64,000 nt of DNA from a virus (IMGVR_UViG_2775507244_000004); one strand, 5' to 3'. Positions 9,761 to 18,806 are shown, counted from the stretch's first letter. Program-made: numbers and translations. Notes: generated by a model from the letters alone, not told the origin.

Positions 9761-10381
9761 AAAGGGGAGGTGATAGGGGCTTTGCTGGCCCGCCTCGCTG
9801 AACCGACGGGAGGAGGGCGCCGGGTGTAGATCAGACTGCCCACAAGGGGTGAAGCGAGCCAGGGAAGCCCCCGAGAGGGCTGGTACTGCATTTTGCCGGA
9901 TTACGCTTTTCCGGCGTTCGCTCCAAAGCACATCCCTTGCGGGCCTGTGGGCGACCGTGTGGGTGCCGCGCGCTCTACTAGCCTCGTGAGCGTATCGGTC
10001 CAGGCTGCACGCCCGGTGCGGAACTCCGTCGTGCTTTCGCATTCACCCACAAGAAAGAGGGAGCCTGACAGCGGCGGCACGCTACGTCCGCCCGTTCGTA
10101 CTGCTTGCGTGCCCTGTTCAGCTTTTTTCACGGGGCGCCCTCTTTCTTGTGCCGCCTCGTGAGAAGCGGCCAAGTTGCATCCGTTTGTTCTTTCCCATCG
10201 ACACGGTTTGCTTGTCGATGCCGCACTCGGGCGTTACCCCGACAGACTCCCCGGCTCGGATTGACCGGATCACAGTTCTGACCAGCTATCGCGCTGGCAG
10301 CGCGGAATCTTCTTGCTCGCCGGCATCACGCCGGGTCGGGTCGGTTCGCCCACCGATCGCAGCGCTGTGATGTGCTGCGAC
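9731..10381 (-). ncRNA. Candidate long structured leader RNA of pL
   Basis: No convincing ORF; many hairpins and a 17/18-bp long-range inverted repeat 10048-10065/10134-10151. Confidence 0.45.
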
Positions 10382-10387
10382 GGCTAA

Positions 10388-10429
10388 AGATTAGGCGCGC
10401 CTAACTTTATAGTCAATAGGTCTGCCTAA
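10388..10429 (-). promoter_or_regulatory. pL promoter with OL operators
   Basis: Minus strand TTGACT-17-TAATCT; palindromes TTAGGCGCGCCTAA (10391-10404) and TAGGTCTGCCTAA (10417-10429) match the OR sites. Confidence 0.85.
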
Positions 10430-10471
10430 GTTTTTATGCCATACTCCACCTGCGCCTCAACCGACGGGCGT

Positions 10472-10495
10472 AAAAAAGCCCGCGCGGGGCGGGCT
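10472..10495 (-). terminator. Intrinsic terminator after DUF4145 gene
   Basis: AGCCCGC/GCGGGCT hairpin plus T-run. Confidence 0.75.
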
Positions 10496-10516
10496 GGATG
10501 GGGATGCGCGGCGAAT

Positions 10517-11146
10517 TCATGTCACGCGCCGTCGCTCCTCAAGCATGGCGGGTAGCGTGAAGACATACATCAGGAACAGTTCTGTGAAGTCGCGCAAGCT
10601 AGTAGCTGACTCGGTCGTAACCGGCTCGGTGTCATGTACAGCAGCGTTACCGTCAAGGCGTATTGCATGGGCCCAATCGGCGAGGCTCCTGGTGATTTCA
10701 TGCTGCGTTGCAAGTAGGTCGATGCGGTGGGCGAGGGTGCCAGCCATGTCTGGCCATCGCGTCTTGAGTGCGACCTCGAGGGTCTTGCGGAAAACCATGG
10801 CGGCAGCGTCTGGCTTTGGCTTGTCGCCGAGGAGGGCGTCGGCCCCTTGGATGAACAGGTTCTCGACCTGTTCCGGCAGGCTTGCGGGCGCACGTGCAAT
10901 GGGAGGTTTGGGGATGATCTCGATGCTCAGTCCCGGCTCGGGACGAATGACTTTGGGCCAATCGCGCTGGTAGCCACGCCTCTTGGCGTCTTCGAAGACG
11001 ATGTGGGCGATCGATGCCCGATCGCAACTTGGACAGGCGCAGAACAGATCGAATTCGTTGGATGAGTCATTGATGGGACGCGTTGTCAGCACCGGGAATA
11101 CGACATCCTTGATGCAGTAAGGGCACAGCCCCAGGAGAGAAGGCAT
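10517..11146 (-). CDS. DUF4145 (HEPN-like) protein with N-terminal zinc ribbon
   Basis: CPYC...CPSC; AAAMVFRKTLEVAL; IRLDGNAAVH. Confidence 0.85.
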   Translation of the reverse strand: MPSLLGLCPYCIKDVVFPVLTTRPINDSSNEFDLFCACPSCDRASIAHIVFEDAKRRGYQRDWPKVIRPEPGLSIEIIPKPPIARAPASLPEQVENLFIQGADALLGDKPKPDAAAMVFRKTLEVALKTRWPDMAGTLAHRIDLLATQHEITRSLADWAHAIRLDGNAAVHDTEPVTTESATSLRDFTELFLMYVFTLPAMLEERRRVT

Positions 11147-11468
11147 GACAATTGGACCTCATTCCGAAACGATCAACCGCATTCTGGACCAAGGCACAGA
11201 CGGTGTCATGGATCTGTTGCTACAGGCATATCGAGCCTCGGCTAACAGGGACGCGTTTGTTGCGGCGCTAGCATTCGAGCTCGTGCTGCGCATTCGTGTC
11301 GGCGGCAAATCGAGATGACTTCGCGGCACGTAAAGGCGCGGTGATCCTTGATAAGGCAGCTGCCGCCCACCATCTGACATGCAGCGCTCATTCCGGAGTG
11401 CTGTTGGCATGAATCACGCTCGTCGCTATGCTTATGGTCTTGATGATCCCATGGCGAGAGAGTAATCC

Positions 11469-11786
11469 ATGCTCGAAAAGGCTTTGAATTTTCTGTTCTG
11501 GCTGACCGATCTGTTCGTTCGGAAGCGGCGCTCCAGTGACCCGATTCTGGATGAGAAGAGGGCGCGCGAGCGGCGGCTGGTGGTTTCTTTCGTTGCGTTC
11601 CTCGGATGTGTCCTCTTTGCCCTTTGGCTTGACGCCACGACGTTGTCGACGAGCCCCATGGGGCCGACTGACGTGAGATCCGCGGTATCGCTGGCCTTCG
11701 CCGCAGGCGGGGCGTTGGCGTTTGCGTGGTACATCATCGAGACGATCGGGTACTGGCGGTTCGTGCGGCGGGAAGGGGTGAGGTGA
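11469..11786 (+). CDS. Two-TM membrane protein
   Basis: Hydrophobic segments LVVSFVAFLGCVLFALWL and AVSLAFAAGGALAFAWYII. Confidence 0.6.
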   Translation: MLEKALNFLFWLTDLFVRKRRSSDPILDEKRARERRLVVSFVAFLGCVLFALWLDATTLSTSPMGPTDVRSAVSLAFAAGGALAFAWYIIETIGYWRFVRREGVR

Positions 11787-11894
11787 GGGCGCGAACTCGC
11801 CTTGGCGGATCGGGTTTGAACGGGGTGCGCCAAGAGGAACGCGTCGGGGTCGAGGCCCTGTTGGAACGGGCCGTGTGCTATCCTCCGCGCGACT

Positions 11895-12629
11895 ATGAAT
11901 GCACATGACTATCCCGGGATTCTGGTTGTCTTTGATGGCATCGACGGTGCCGGCAAGACGACACAAGTTCGTCGCCTCGAAGCCGCTTTAGCCTCGGTCG
12001 GCGAACGGGTCATCGTGTCCAAGGAGCCTACCGATGGACCGTGGGGAGCGAAGCTGCGTGCTTCTGCGACCAGCGGCAGGCTCCCGTTCGACGAGGAGCT
12101 GACAGCCTTTATCGAGGACAGACAAGAACACCTAGCAACGAAGGTAATTCCGGCTCTCGAGGCCGGTGCAGTGGTGATCTTGGATCGTTACTTCTACTCG
12201 ACGATTGCTTACCAAGGCCTCCGCGCTGGCGGCATCTCTCCGATCGAGGCTCGGATTCGGCGAAATGTCGTTGAGCCAGATGTCGCATACCTCCTTGATG
12301 TCCCGCCGACCCTGGCTACGGCGAGAATCCAAGCACGTGACGGGGCAGCAAACCACTTTGAGAAAATCGAAGACCTGATACAGATCGATCGGCTGTTTCG
12401 AGAGATCGCCCAGCGCGACGAGAGCATCGTGAGGATAGACGGATCCGTGTCCGAGCAAGCCGTCTTCGATTCATTGCTCAAGCATTTCGTTGAAGGCCCA
12501 TTCAAGCGGAAACGTTGTGCCAAGGACTACGGATGCGATGATCCGTTGCACTGCACCCCTAGGCTTACGAGCAACTGCACATGGTGGGAGCGGGCCAAAG
12601 CGCTTCTCGGGCGCCCCGAAACGATTTGA
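11895..12629 (+). CDS. tmk: Thymidylate (dTMP) kinase with Cys-rich C-terminal extension
   Basis: FDGIDGAGKTTQ P-loop, SKEPT, EDRQEH, ILDRYFYSTIAYQG. Confidence 0.92.
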   Translation: MNAHDYPGILVVFDGIDGAGKTTQVRRLEAALASVGERVIVSKEPTDGPWGAKLRASATSGRLPFDEELTAFIEDRQEHLATKVIPALEAGAVVILDRYFYSTIAYQGLRAGGISPIEARIRRNVVEPDVAYLLDVPPTLATARIQARDGAANHFEKIEDLIQIDRLFREIAQRDESIVRIDGSVSEQAVFDSLLKHFVEGPFKRKRCAKDYGCDDPLHCTPRLTSNCTWWERAKALLGRPETI

Positions 12630-12632
12630 ACG

Positions 12633-13568
12633 TCACTGCCTCGCGCGGTTTGCGACACCAAACGGTATGTGAACGGATGGCAGGATTTCTGTTGCCGGTT
12701 CGAGATGCTTTTTCTGATCGTCGAAGAAGATGTGCGGTGCAAGGACCTCGAGCACGCGCTTCTTCTCCACGCCGCCGAGGAAGAATGCGTCGTTCACGGT
12801 GATACCCCAACTTCGCATGGTGTTGATCACTCGTTCATGAGACGGGGCGTTTCTTGCAGTGACGATTGAGATCCTGAGCCGCGGTTTGTACGAGGGGTCC
12901 TCGGCAGCGCGTTGTTCCTCGAGCTTCTGGATAATTGATAGCTTCTCGACGAACACCTTAAGAGGACCCGGGCCGTGAGGGATGTCGATCTTGCTCTGTT
13001 CATGGGCGTGGAACTGTTCAATGTCCCCCGTTTCCTGAAAGATTGTTTCGGACTCGTCGTCGGCCAGTACTCCATCAAAGTCGAAGGCGACTCGGAGTTC
13101 TTGATCATCGAGCAAATCAACGTGCTTTGAAGCGAGAACCTGGCCGGCCGGGTACCCCGCGAGCGTTGCTTGGTTTACGTCCGCTTCGTTCGCAGACAAG
13201 AACAGACTCACCGATAGCGCAGGTATAAACCGGTGTGGGTTTCGACCCTGCAGGAATGCCGCGCGTGTCATGGCCAAGCCATGATGTCGGATCGAGTGCA
13301 TTACGCGCATGCCGGTATCCGGGTCATTGCGCGAGAGCAGAACCACCTCAACAGGGGGGTCATCAGGCCGAATCTCGTTCAGTGCCAGCAAGCGTCTGAT
13401 GAATGGGTATGCCACCCCTGGGGACAGCGGCACCCTCTCGTGCTTTCTCTGGAATTCACGATAGGCTAGCTCACCTTGTTCTCTGAATACTTGATCAGGT
13501 TCGGATAAGTCGAACAGCGCACTTGAGGCGAGTCCGATCACTAGGCGGTTTTCAAGGTCGTACGGCAA
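12633..13568 (-). CDS. 5'-nucleotidase (HAD-type, cN-I-like family)
   Basis: LVIGLASSALFDL, LRVAFDFDGVL, IVTARNAPSHERV, PHIFFDDQ; TTG start after GGAG. Confidence 0.9.
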   Translation of the reverse strand: MPYDLENRLVIGLASSALFDLSEPDQVFREQGELAYREFQRKHERVPLSPGVAYPFIRRLLALNEIRPDDPPVEVVLLSRNDPDTGMRVMHSIRHHGLAMTRAAFLQGRNPHRFIPALSVSLFLSANEADVNQATLAGYPAGQVLASKHVDLLDDQELRVAFDFDGVLADDESETIFQETGDIEQFHAHEQSKIDIPHGPGPLKVFVEKLSIIQKLEEQRAAEDPSYKPRLRISIVTARNAPSHERVINTMRSWGITVNDAFFLGGVEKKRVLEVLAPHIFFDDQKKHLEPATEILPSVHIPFGVANRARQ

Positions 13569-13584
13569 TGCGCTCTCCGAGTAA

Positions 13585-13773
13585 TCAATGGCAATGGACG
13601 GTCCCAGTGCTGTTATCCATATGGCAGCACTTGCCAGGGGGAGAGCTCTTTCGGCAACCGCCACCGTGCTCGAGGATCACCTGTTCAGAGGCCGAGCGCG
13701 GCTGAGTGCCGGCCATCGACGGTGCTGCGAGAAAGCTGGAAATTGCTGCGGCGAAAACCACGAGTGCGCGCAT
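13585..13773 (-). CDS. Exported YHYH-like peptide
   Basis: Signal peptide then HGGGC...CCHMDNSTGTVHCH; strong GGAGGAG RBS. Confidence 0.75.
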   Translation of the reverse strand: MRALVVFAAAISSFLAAPSMAGTQPRSASEQVILEHGGGCRKSSPPGKCCHMDNSTGTVHCH

Positions 13774-13858
13774 AGTTACTCCTCCCCCTTAAGAGCTCTC
13801 ATCTTCTGTGCGCCCAGCACAAGCTCCAAGGCGCTGTGTCGTGCTACTGCAGTTCGAA

Positions 13859-14659
13859 TCAGAAATCCGTTCCGCACCAAACCCTGATGACCTTTCCGAG
13901 CACCTCGAAGTCCATGTCTCGCGTGATGTCGAAGGGATCGTAGTCGGGGTTCGCCGACTTCGCGCGGTAGATCACGCCGTTTGCGGTGGGGATCTTCTGG
14001 AGTTGCTTGATGAACCCTTCAGCTCCAATGCGGAAGAAGTAGATCCCGTCCGCCTGGACCGAGGTGACGCCGCGATCGACGAGCAGGGGGTCGCCCGGGT
14101 TGAACATCGGCCTCATGCTCGGGCCGAAGCCGGTGACGATGCACAGGTTCCGCGCCGCGGTGTAGCCGCGCGCGTTTTTGTCCAGCCACTCTGCGTTGAC
14201 CGTCCAGCGCTCGATCACGCCAGGCTGCTCGGGCAGCACGAGGCCGTGCCCCATTGCCCCGCCGGCATCGTACTGCGGGATGACGATGTGGTCTCTCGAT
14301 GTGAGCGGAACAACTTGAGCTGACGGCATATGACCTCCTCCTATTCTGGAGGATTGTGCTTCGCCGTCGTTCGCCTTGCTATTAGACGAAGGTAATAGAG
14401 CGACGTCGCTCTTGTCATGAGCGTGATAAGCGTCACGGGAGTCTGAGCGCTTCGGCCCGCGGCCTTCAGCCAGCCACGCCTGATTGACGCCCAGAAAGTC
14501 GGCTGCTCGCAGTGCGGTTGATGCCTTAAGACTCTTGGTCTCTCCGGACAGCCAGTTGCTCACGGAAGCAGCGGTGATCTTGCACGCGCGCGCGACGTCA
14601 GCAGGCTTAACGCCGGCGTCGTCGATGGCTTCTTTCATTCGTTGGGCAAGCGTAGTCAT
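13859..14659 (-). CDS. cI: CI-type repressor (HTH + S24 autopeptidase)
   Basis: PADVARACKITAASVSNWLSG HTH; GPSMRP...GDPLLVD, FIKQL S24 motifs; AG site DAGGAMG. Confidence 0.93.
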   Translation of the reverse strand: MTTLAQRMKEAIDDAGVKPADVARACKITAASVSNWLSGETKSLKASTALRAADFLGVNQAWLAEGRGPKRSDSRDAYHAHDKSDVALLPSSNSKANDGEAQSSRIGGGHMPSAQVVPLTSRDHIVIPQYDAGGAMGHGLVLPEQPGVIERWTVNAEWLDKNARGYTAARNLCIVTGFGPSMRPMFNPGDPLLVDRGVTSVQADGIYFFRIGAEGFIKQLQKIPTANGVIYRAKSANPDYDPFDITRDMDFEVLGKVIRVWCGTDF

Positions 14660-14660
14660 G

Positions 14661-14724
14661 TAGGGAAGCCTAACAACAGGAAAGATAGGCATACTTGACC
14701 TTCGACGTTAGGTGCGCCTAACAT
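14661..14724. promoter_or_regulatory. OR operators and pR
   Basis: TAGGGAAGCCTAA 14661-14673, TAGGCATACTTGA 14686-14698, TTAGGTGCGCCTAA 14708-14721; TTGACC-18-TAACAT. Confidence 0.85.
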
Positions 14725-14729
14725 TGCGC

Positions 14730-14951
14730 ATGGACACAAATCTCACCGCATCGGAAGTGATCGACAAACTGGGCGGCACAACTGCCGTTGCAGGCCTTTT
14801 CGATATCAAGCCTCCGTCAGTTTCTGAGTGGAGGCGAAACGGAATTCCGCGCGCGAGGCTTCAATACCTCCAGCTTGCTCGCCCTGAAGTGTTCTCCGCG
14901 AACACCCGGAGTGCGCCGCCAGCCGCCCAGGCCAGCCCGGAGGCGGCGTGA
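14730..14951 (+). CDS. cro: Cro-like repressor
   Basis: IDKLGGTTAVAGLFDIKPPSVSEWRRNGIP; divergent from cI. Confidence 0.9.
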   Translation: MDTNLTASEVIDKLGGTTAVAGLFDIKPPSVSEWRRNGIPRARLQYLQLARPEVFSANTRSAPPAAQASPEAA

Positions 14952-15077
14952 TGTCGAGCGACCGATCCGCAGTGGAGCAGCGACTGCAAGACGCTATCGA
15001 CGCCGGCCGGCTCGGATCTGTGATCGGCGCCGCGATGTACGAGCAGTTGGAGCTCGGCACCCGCCAGTATGTGACTG

Positions 15078-15326
15078 CTACGAGTCGTTCCGCGCCGCAG
15101 ACAGAAGACCTCGCAGCGCATCTTTCGTGGCGGCAATGGTTCGATCTGACACGGGCCATGTGTCTGCGCCGATTTCGACGCGGAGTGACGCCTCCGTCAG
15201 GGCAGCAACAAGCGCCTCTCTCGGCTGACTGTGCATACGGAGAAGAGCTTGGAGCGTTGCCTCCACCGCGTTCAGGCGGCCGTGAATGAGGTCGACGTTC
15301 GCCTTCATCGCTTCGATTTCGTTCAT
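15078..15326 (-). CDS. Small helical protein antisense to early-right operon
   Basis: AAAGGGGA RBS, TAGAAT -10 at 15366-15371. Confidence 0.55.
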   Translation of the reverse strand: MNEIEAMKANVDLIHGRLNAVEATLQALLRMHSQPREALVAALTEASLRVEIGADTWPVSDRTIAATKDALRGLLSAARNDS

Positions 15327-15416
15327 GGCTTCCCCTTTGCGAATGACGGTTGCGTGAGAACTCCCATTCTATATGCATCGGGGAAGCCGCCCATAAACCC
15401 CCTGGAGCACCGCTAG

Positions 15417-15727
15417 TGTCTCTGCTCAATCCTTTCACCTGGTTCGCCCGAGAGCCGGCCGGCGAGGCCGCTGCCGGAGACGATCCGCAGTTCTCGCGCC
15501 GCGCGGCCGACTCGTCAGGCGTCGCGATGGACGATGGTTTCTCGCTCCGAATGCCCGCAGAGCTCAAGACGCTCGGTCTGCGCCGTGCGCGGGCATTGGG
15601 CTTCTCAACGATGGGCGAGTACGCACGGTTCCTGATCACGGTCGACTGCATGGATGAGGACGATGTCGACATCCTGCCGTCGCGGCTTCGTGATTTGGTA
15701 ATACAAAAGGGTAGGGGGCGGGAATGA
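15417..15727 (+). CDS. CII-position regulator, ribbon-helix-helix-like
   Basis: FSLRMPAELKTLGLRRARALGFSTMGEYARFLI; start uncertain. Confidence 0.6.
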
Positions 15728-15823
15728 GGCGCCATGTGGCGGGCGACGGCATGATTCGCCACGTCGTAAGCGTCTCGCGCGAAGTGGGGGACGATGCGGC
15801 TTGCGGTGCCCCTCAGGTGACGG

Positions 15824-16042
15824 TCAGTTCTGCTCTGTCCATCCAACGAAGTCGTCGTTGGAGTCGTTCTCGAACGTCCAGCGTTGCCCGCACGCTCGAC
15901 AGACGTACTTCTCAATGTTCGCGGCCCGCTGTCCGGCGGGGGCGTACGAGCCCGCATAGCCAACGCTTGCGAGGCTTCGGTGTGGCGGTGCGCGGCGCCC
16001 CTTGGGTAGCTTCAAGCAGTCGTCGCACTTGTTCATTGGCAT
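15824..16042 (-). CDS. Small putative zinc-binding protein
   Basis: CDDC...H...CRAC; GAGGT RBS. Confidence 0.6.
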   Translation of the reverse strand: MPMNKCDDCLKLPKGRRAPPHRSLASVGYAGSYAPAGQRAANIEKYVCRACGQRWTFENDSNDDFVGWTEQN

Positions 16043-16136
16043 ACCTCACCGCGTTCTTCTCATGGGGGGATGATTGTCTCACTCCATGCCGCTCAGGTCT
16101 GTTGAAGGCGGTGCTGGCGAATGTGCGGGTGGGCAG

Positions 16137-16964
16137 ATGAACTACTACGAGCACCACCTGGGCGACTACGCCAAGGACACGGGGCATCTCTCGATGCTTG
16201 AGCACGGGGCGTATCGCATCCTGCTCGACCGCTATTACTCCACGGAGGCAGGCATCCCCGCGGCGCAGGCTTATCGCCTTGCTAGGGCTCGCTCAGACGA
16301 GGAGCGCCAGGCCGTTGATGTCGTGCTGGAGGAGTTCTTCGAACTGGTCGATGGGGTGTGGCACAACGGGCGTGCCGACGAGGAAATCGAGCGAGCGCGT
16401 CAGCGCATCGTTACGGCACAGCAGAACGGCAAGAAGGGTGGGCGTCCTCGCAAAAACCCAACCGGTTCTGATTCGGAAACCCAGCAGAAACCCGATGGGT
16501 TTTCGTCGGGTTCCGATTCCGAAACCCAGCAGAAAGCTCACCAAGCACCAGGCACCAGACACCAGACACCAGGTGAACCAAAAGCGAGCGAATCACTGAA
16601 CCGCAGTAGCACGCACGAGGATCCGGGCGCGCTCGCCTCTGCCGAGCCTTCCCCCGAAGTCGAGCCCACCGAGGCCGGCACGATCTGCCGACGGATGCGG
16701 GAATCGGGCATCCAGGGCGTGAATCCAGGCCACCCGAAACTGCTCGCCCTGCTGCAAGCCGGCATCACCGCCGACGAGCTGTGCGGCATTGCTGCCGAAC
16801 CGAACGCGGCCGGCAAGGGCATGGCTTGGGTGCTGGCCACCGCTGAAGGCCGGCGCCGCGATGCGGCCAAGGTGCGACCGCTGCCGAGAGCATCCCCGAC
16901 GTTGGCAGACCGCAATCGACAAGCGGCCGATGAGGCCAAGCGACTGATCTTCGGCGAGGGTTGA
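16137..16964 (+). CDS. Replication initiator, YdaU/DUF1376 family
   Basis: MNYYEHHLGDYAKDTGHLSMLEHGAYRILLDRYY; NGKKGGRP; internal iterons. Confidence 0.9.
   Translation: MNYYEHHLGDYAKDTGHLSMLEHGAYRILLDRYYSTEAGIPAAQAYRLARARSDEERQAVDVVLEEFFELVDGVWHNGRADEEIERARQRIVTAQQNGKKGGRPRKNPTGSDSETQQKPDGFSSGSDSETQQKAHQAPGTRHQTPGEPKASESLNRSSTHEDPGALASAEPSPEVEPTEAGTICRRMRESGIQGVNPGHPKLLALLQAGITADELCGIAAEPNAAGKGMAWVLATAEGRRRDAAKVRPLPRASPTLADRNRQAADEAKRLIFGEG
16452..16573. repeat. Iteron-like repeats (probable phage origin)
   Basis: GGTTCYGATTCSGAAACCCAGCAGAAA at 16464 and 16509, further AAACCC units, tandem CACCAGA-type heptamers 16539-16573. Confidence 0.7.
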
Positions 16965-16968
16965 ACCC

Positions 16969-17628
16969 ATGCAGCAACACGAATTCGACGCGTTCTCCGA
17001 CATGCTCCAGGCGGTGGCCGAATACTGCGGCAAGCCGCTCTCGCCGGGCGTGATCGCGATCTACTGGCAGGGGCTGAAAGACCTTGACCTGCCGGCCGTG
17101 CGCCACGCGCTGAACGCCCACGTGCAGAACCCCGACACCGGACAGTTCATGCCGAAGATTGCCGACGTGCGCCGCATGCTCGGCGGCACAACGCAGGACT
17201 CCGCACTGCGCGCCTGGGCAAAGATCGACAAGGCCGTGCGCCACGTCGGCCCCTACGCCAGCGTGGCGTTCGACGATGCCCTGATCCACCGCGTGCTCCA
17301 CGACATGGGCGGATGGGTTGGTCTGAGCTCGAAGAGCGAGGACGAGTGGCCGTTCGTTGCCAAGGAGTTCGAGAACCGCTATCGCGGCTACGCCATGCGC
17401 AACGAGAGACCCGAGTATCCGCCGGTCCTGACTGGTATCGCCGAGGCGGAAAACGTACGTCGCGGCCTGCGTTCCGATCCGCCGCGACTGATCGGCGACG
17501 CGACCAAGGCTGAAGCGGTGATGCAGGGCGGAACGAGACGACCGCTGATCGGCTTCGCGACTGCGTCGGCCGCTGCGATTGAGGCCTCGCAGCCGCTGCG
17601 CGTGATCGACGGCAGGAGCGCGGCATGA
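16969..17628 (+). CDS. Replication accessory protein (DUF6475-like, helicase loader position)
   Basis: GQFMPKIADV...SVAFDDALIHRVLHDMGGW...KEFENRY. Confidence 0.8.
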   Translation: MQQHEFDAFSDMLQAVAEYCGKPLSPGVIAIYWQGLKDLDLPAVRHALNAHVQNPDTGQFMPKIADVRRMLGGTTQDSALRAWAKIDKAVRHVGPYASVAFDDALIHRVLHDMGGWVGLSSKSEDEWPFVAKEFENRYRGYAMRNERPEYPPVLTGIAEAENVRRGLRSDPPRLIGDATKAEAVMQGGTRRPLIGFATASAAAIEASQPLRVIDGRSAA

Positions 17629-17712
17629 GCGCGGAGCAACAGGTCAGTGCATGGGCTGCAGCAGGCTATGACGCTATTGCTGCCTGAACGCGAACGAGGT
17701 GAGTCATGGGGC

Positions 17713-17883
17713 ATGAAACACAAGCATCGCTGTTTGGTGCGCCAGTTGCTGCGGTTTCGGGCGCAGGGGAATCGGGCTGCAGTCGAGGCGATGAAGCGAA
17801 GCAGCGGGTACTCGGTACTGCTTCCGGATGCGAACGCACAGTGGGCAAAGGGCAATCGCGGGGAGAGGGGGGATTGGCGGTGA
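17713..17883 (+). CDS. Small phage protein
   Basis: MKHKHRCLVRQLL...QWAKGNRGERGDWR; stop overlaps rusA start; start uncertain. Confidence 0.55.
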   Translation: MKHKHRCLVRQLLRFRAQGNRAAVEAMKRSSGYSVLLPDANAQWAKGNRGERGDWR

Positions 17884-18305
17884 TCGAGTTCGTCGTGCCG
17901 GGTGAGCCGGTAGGGAAGGGGCGCCCAAGAGCGTTCAGGATGGGCGACGGCGTGCGGATGCACACGCCGGAGAAGACTGCGCGCTACGAGAACCTGGTGG
18001 CGATGGCGGCACAAGAGGCCATGGCTGGACGTGCGCCAATGGAGGGCGCGGTGGCCGTCGGTATGGTCCTCGTGACGGTGCCGCCGGCATCCTGGTCGAT
18101 GAAGAAGCGCAACCAGGCGCTCGATGGGCAGATCCGCCCGACCACGAAGCCCGACTGCGACAACGTGCTCAAGGCGATCGCCGATGCGTGCAACGGCATC
18201 GTGTGGCGCGACGACAAGCAGATCACCGACGTCGCGATTCGCAAGCGTTACGGCATGCGTCCGATGGCGCAGGTGATTGTTCAGCCGGCGGAGGTGTTCG
18301 AGTGA
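17880..18305 (+). CDS. rusA: RusA Holliday junction resolvase
   Basis: VPGEPVGKGRPR; KPDCDNVLKAIADACNGIVWRDDKQI. Confidence 0.93.
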   Translation: MIEFVVPGEPVGKGRPRAFRMGDGVRMHTPEKTARYENLVAMAAQEAMAGRAPMEGAVAVGMVLVTVPPASWSMKKRNQALDGQIRPTTKPDCDNVLKAIADACNGIVWRDDKQITDVAIRKRYGMRPMAQVIVQPAEVFE

Positions 18306-18805
18306 AGGAGCAGGGCTGCGCGAAGAAGTCGACAGCGGAGATCGTGCTCGAGGCAGTGCAGGACATCCACGCCCGTGAGCAGATCGTGACCCGGGAGACG
18401 CTGGCCGAACTCACCGGCCTGAAGCTGACGACGATCGACGACCGCCTTGGTTACCTGCTGGATAACGGCAAGATTCGCCGGGTGCAGCGCGGGGTCTTCG
18501 TTCCGATGGAGCAGCACAAGCCGGCCAGGCTCATCACCCGGACGCTTCTGCCCGACGGGACGACGGTGCTCGAGATCGGGGACACAGTGATGCAGCTGAC
18601 GCCGCGCGAATCTCGCGTGCTCGGTGAGCTCATGGCCGGCTCAGGGCAGCAGTACGCGGCCATTCAGATTGGTCACGAGGCGGAGTTCATGGCAGCAACG
18701 CTCAGCGCGAAGGTGCGGAGGCTCGAGCGGCTCGTGCAGGAGCTGACCTCAGCGCATGCCGAAGAGCAGATGGCGCTGCCGCTGCTGGCATCGAACAAGG
18801 CCTAA
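18302..18805 (+). CDS. Winged-HTH protein, candidate late transcription regulator
   Basis: VTRETLAELTGLKLTTIDDRLGYLLDNGKIRRVQRGVF; last early gene. Confidence 0.7.
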   Translation: MKEQGCAKKSTAEIVLEAVQDIHAREQIVTRETLAELTGLKLTTIDDRLGYLLDNGKIRRVQRGVFVPMEQHKPARLITRTLLPDGTTVLEIGDTVMQLTPRESRVLGELMAGSGQQYAAIQIGHEAEFMAATLSAKVRRLERLVQELTSAHAEEQMALPLLASNKA

Positions 18806-18806
18806 A

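Noticed and set aside
9719-10173. ORFs spanning the pL leader (9901-10173 and the extension to 10042) as an N-like antiterminator
   Set aside because: No RBS, no arginine-rich motif; the extension runs through the terminator
11159-11410. 83-aa minus-strand ORF upstream of DUF4145
   Set aside because: No motif or clear RBS; cannot be supported
13569-13664. N-terminal extension of the 5'-nucleotidase
   Set aside because: Overlaps the YHYH-like gene; family-like sequence begins at TTG 13568 after GGAG
14948-15289. Plus-strand ORF after cro
   Set aside because: Mostly overlaps the better-supported minus-strand gene; may be a remnant, left uncalled
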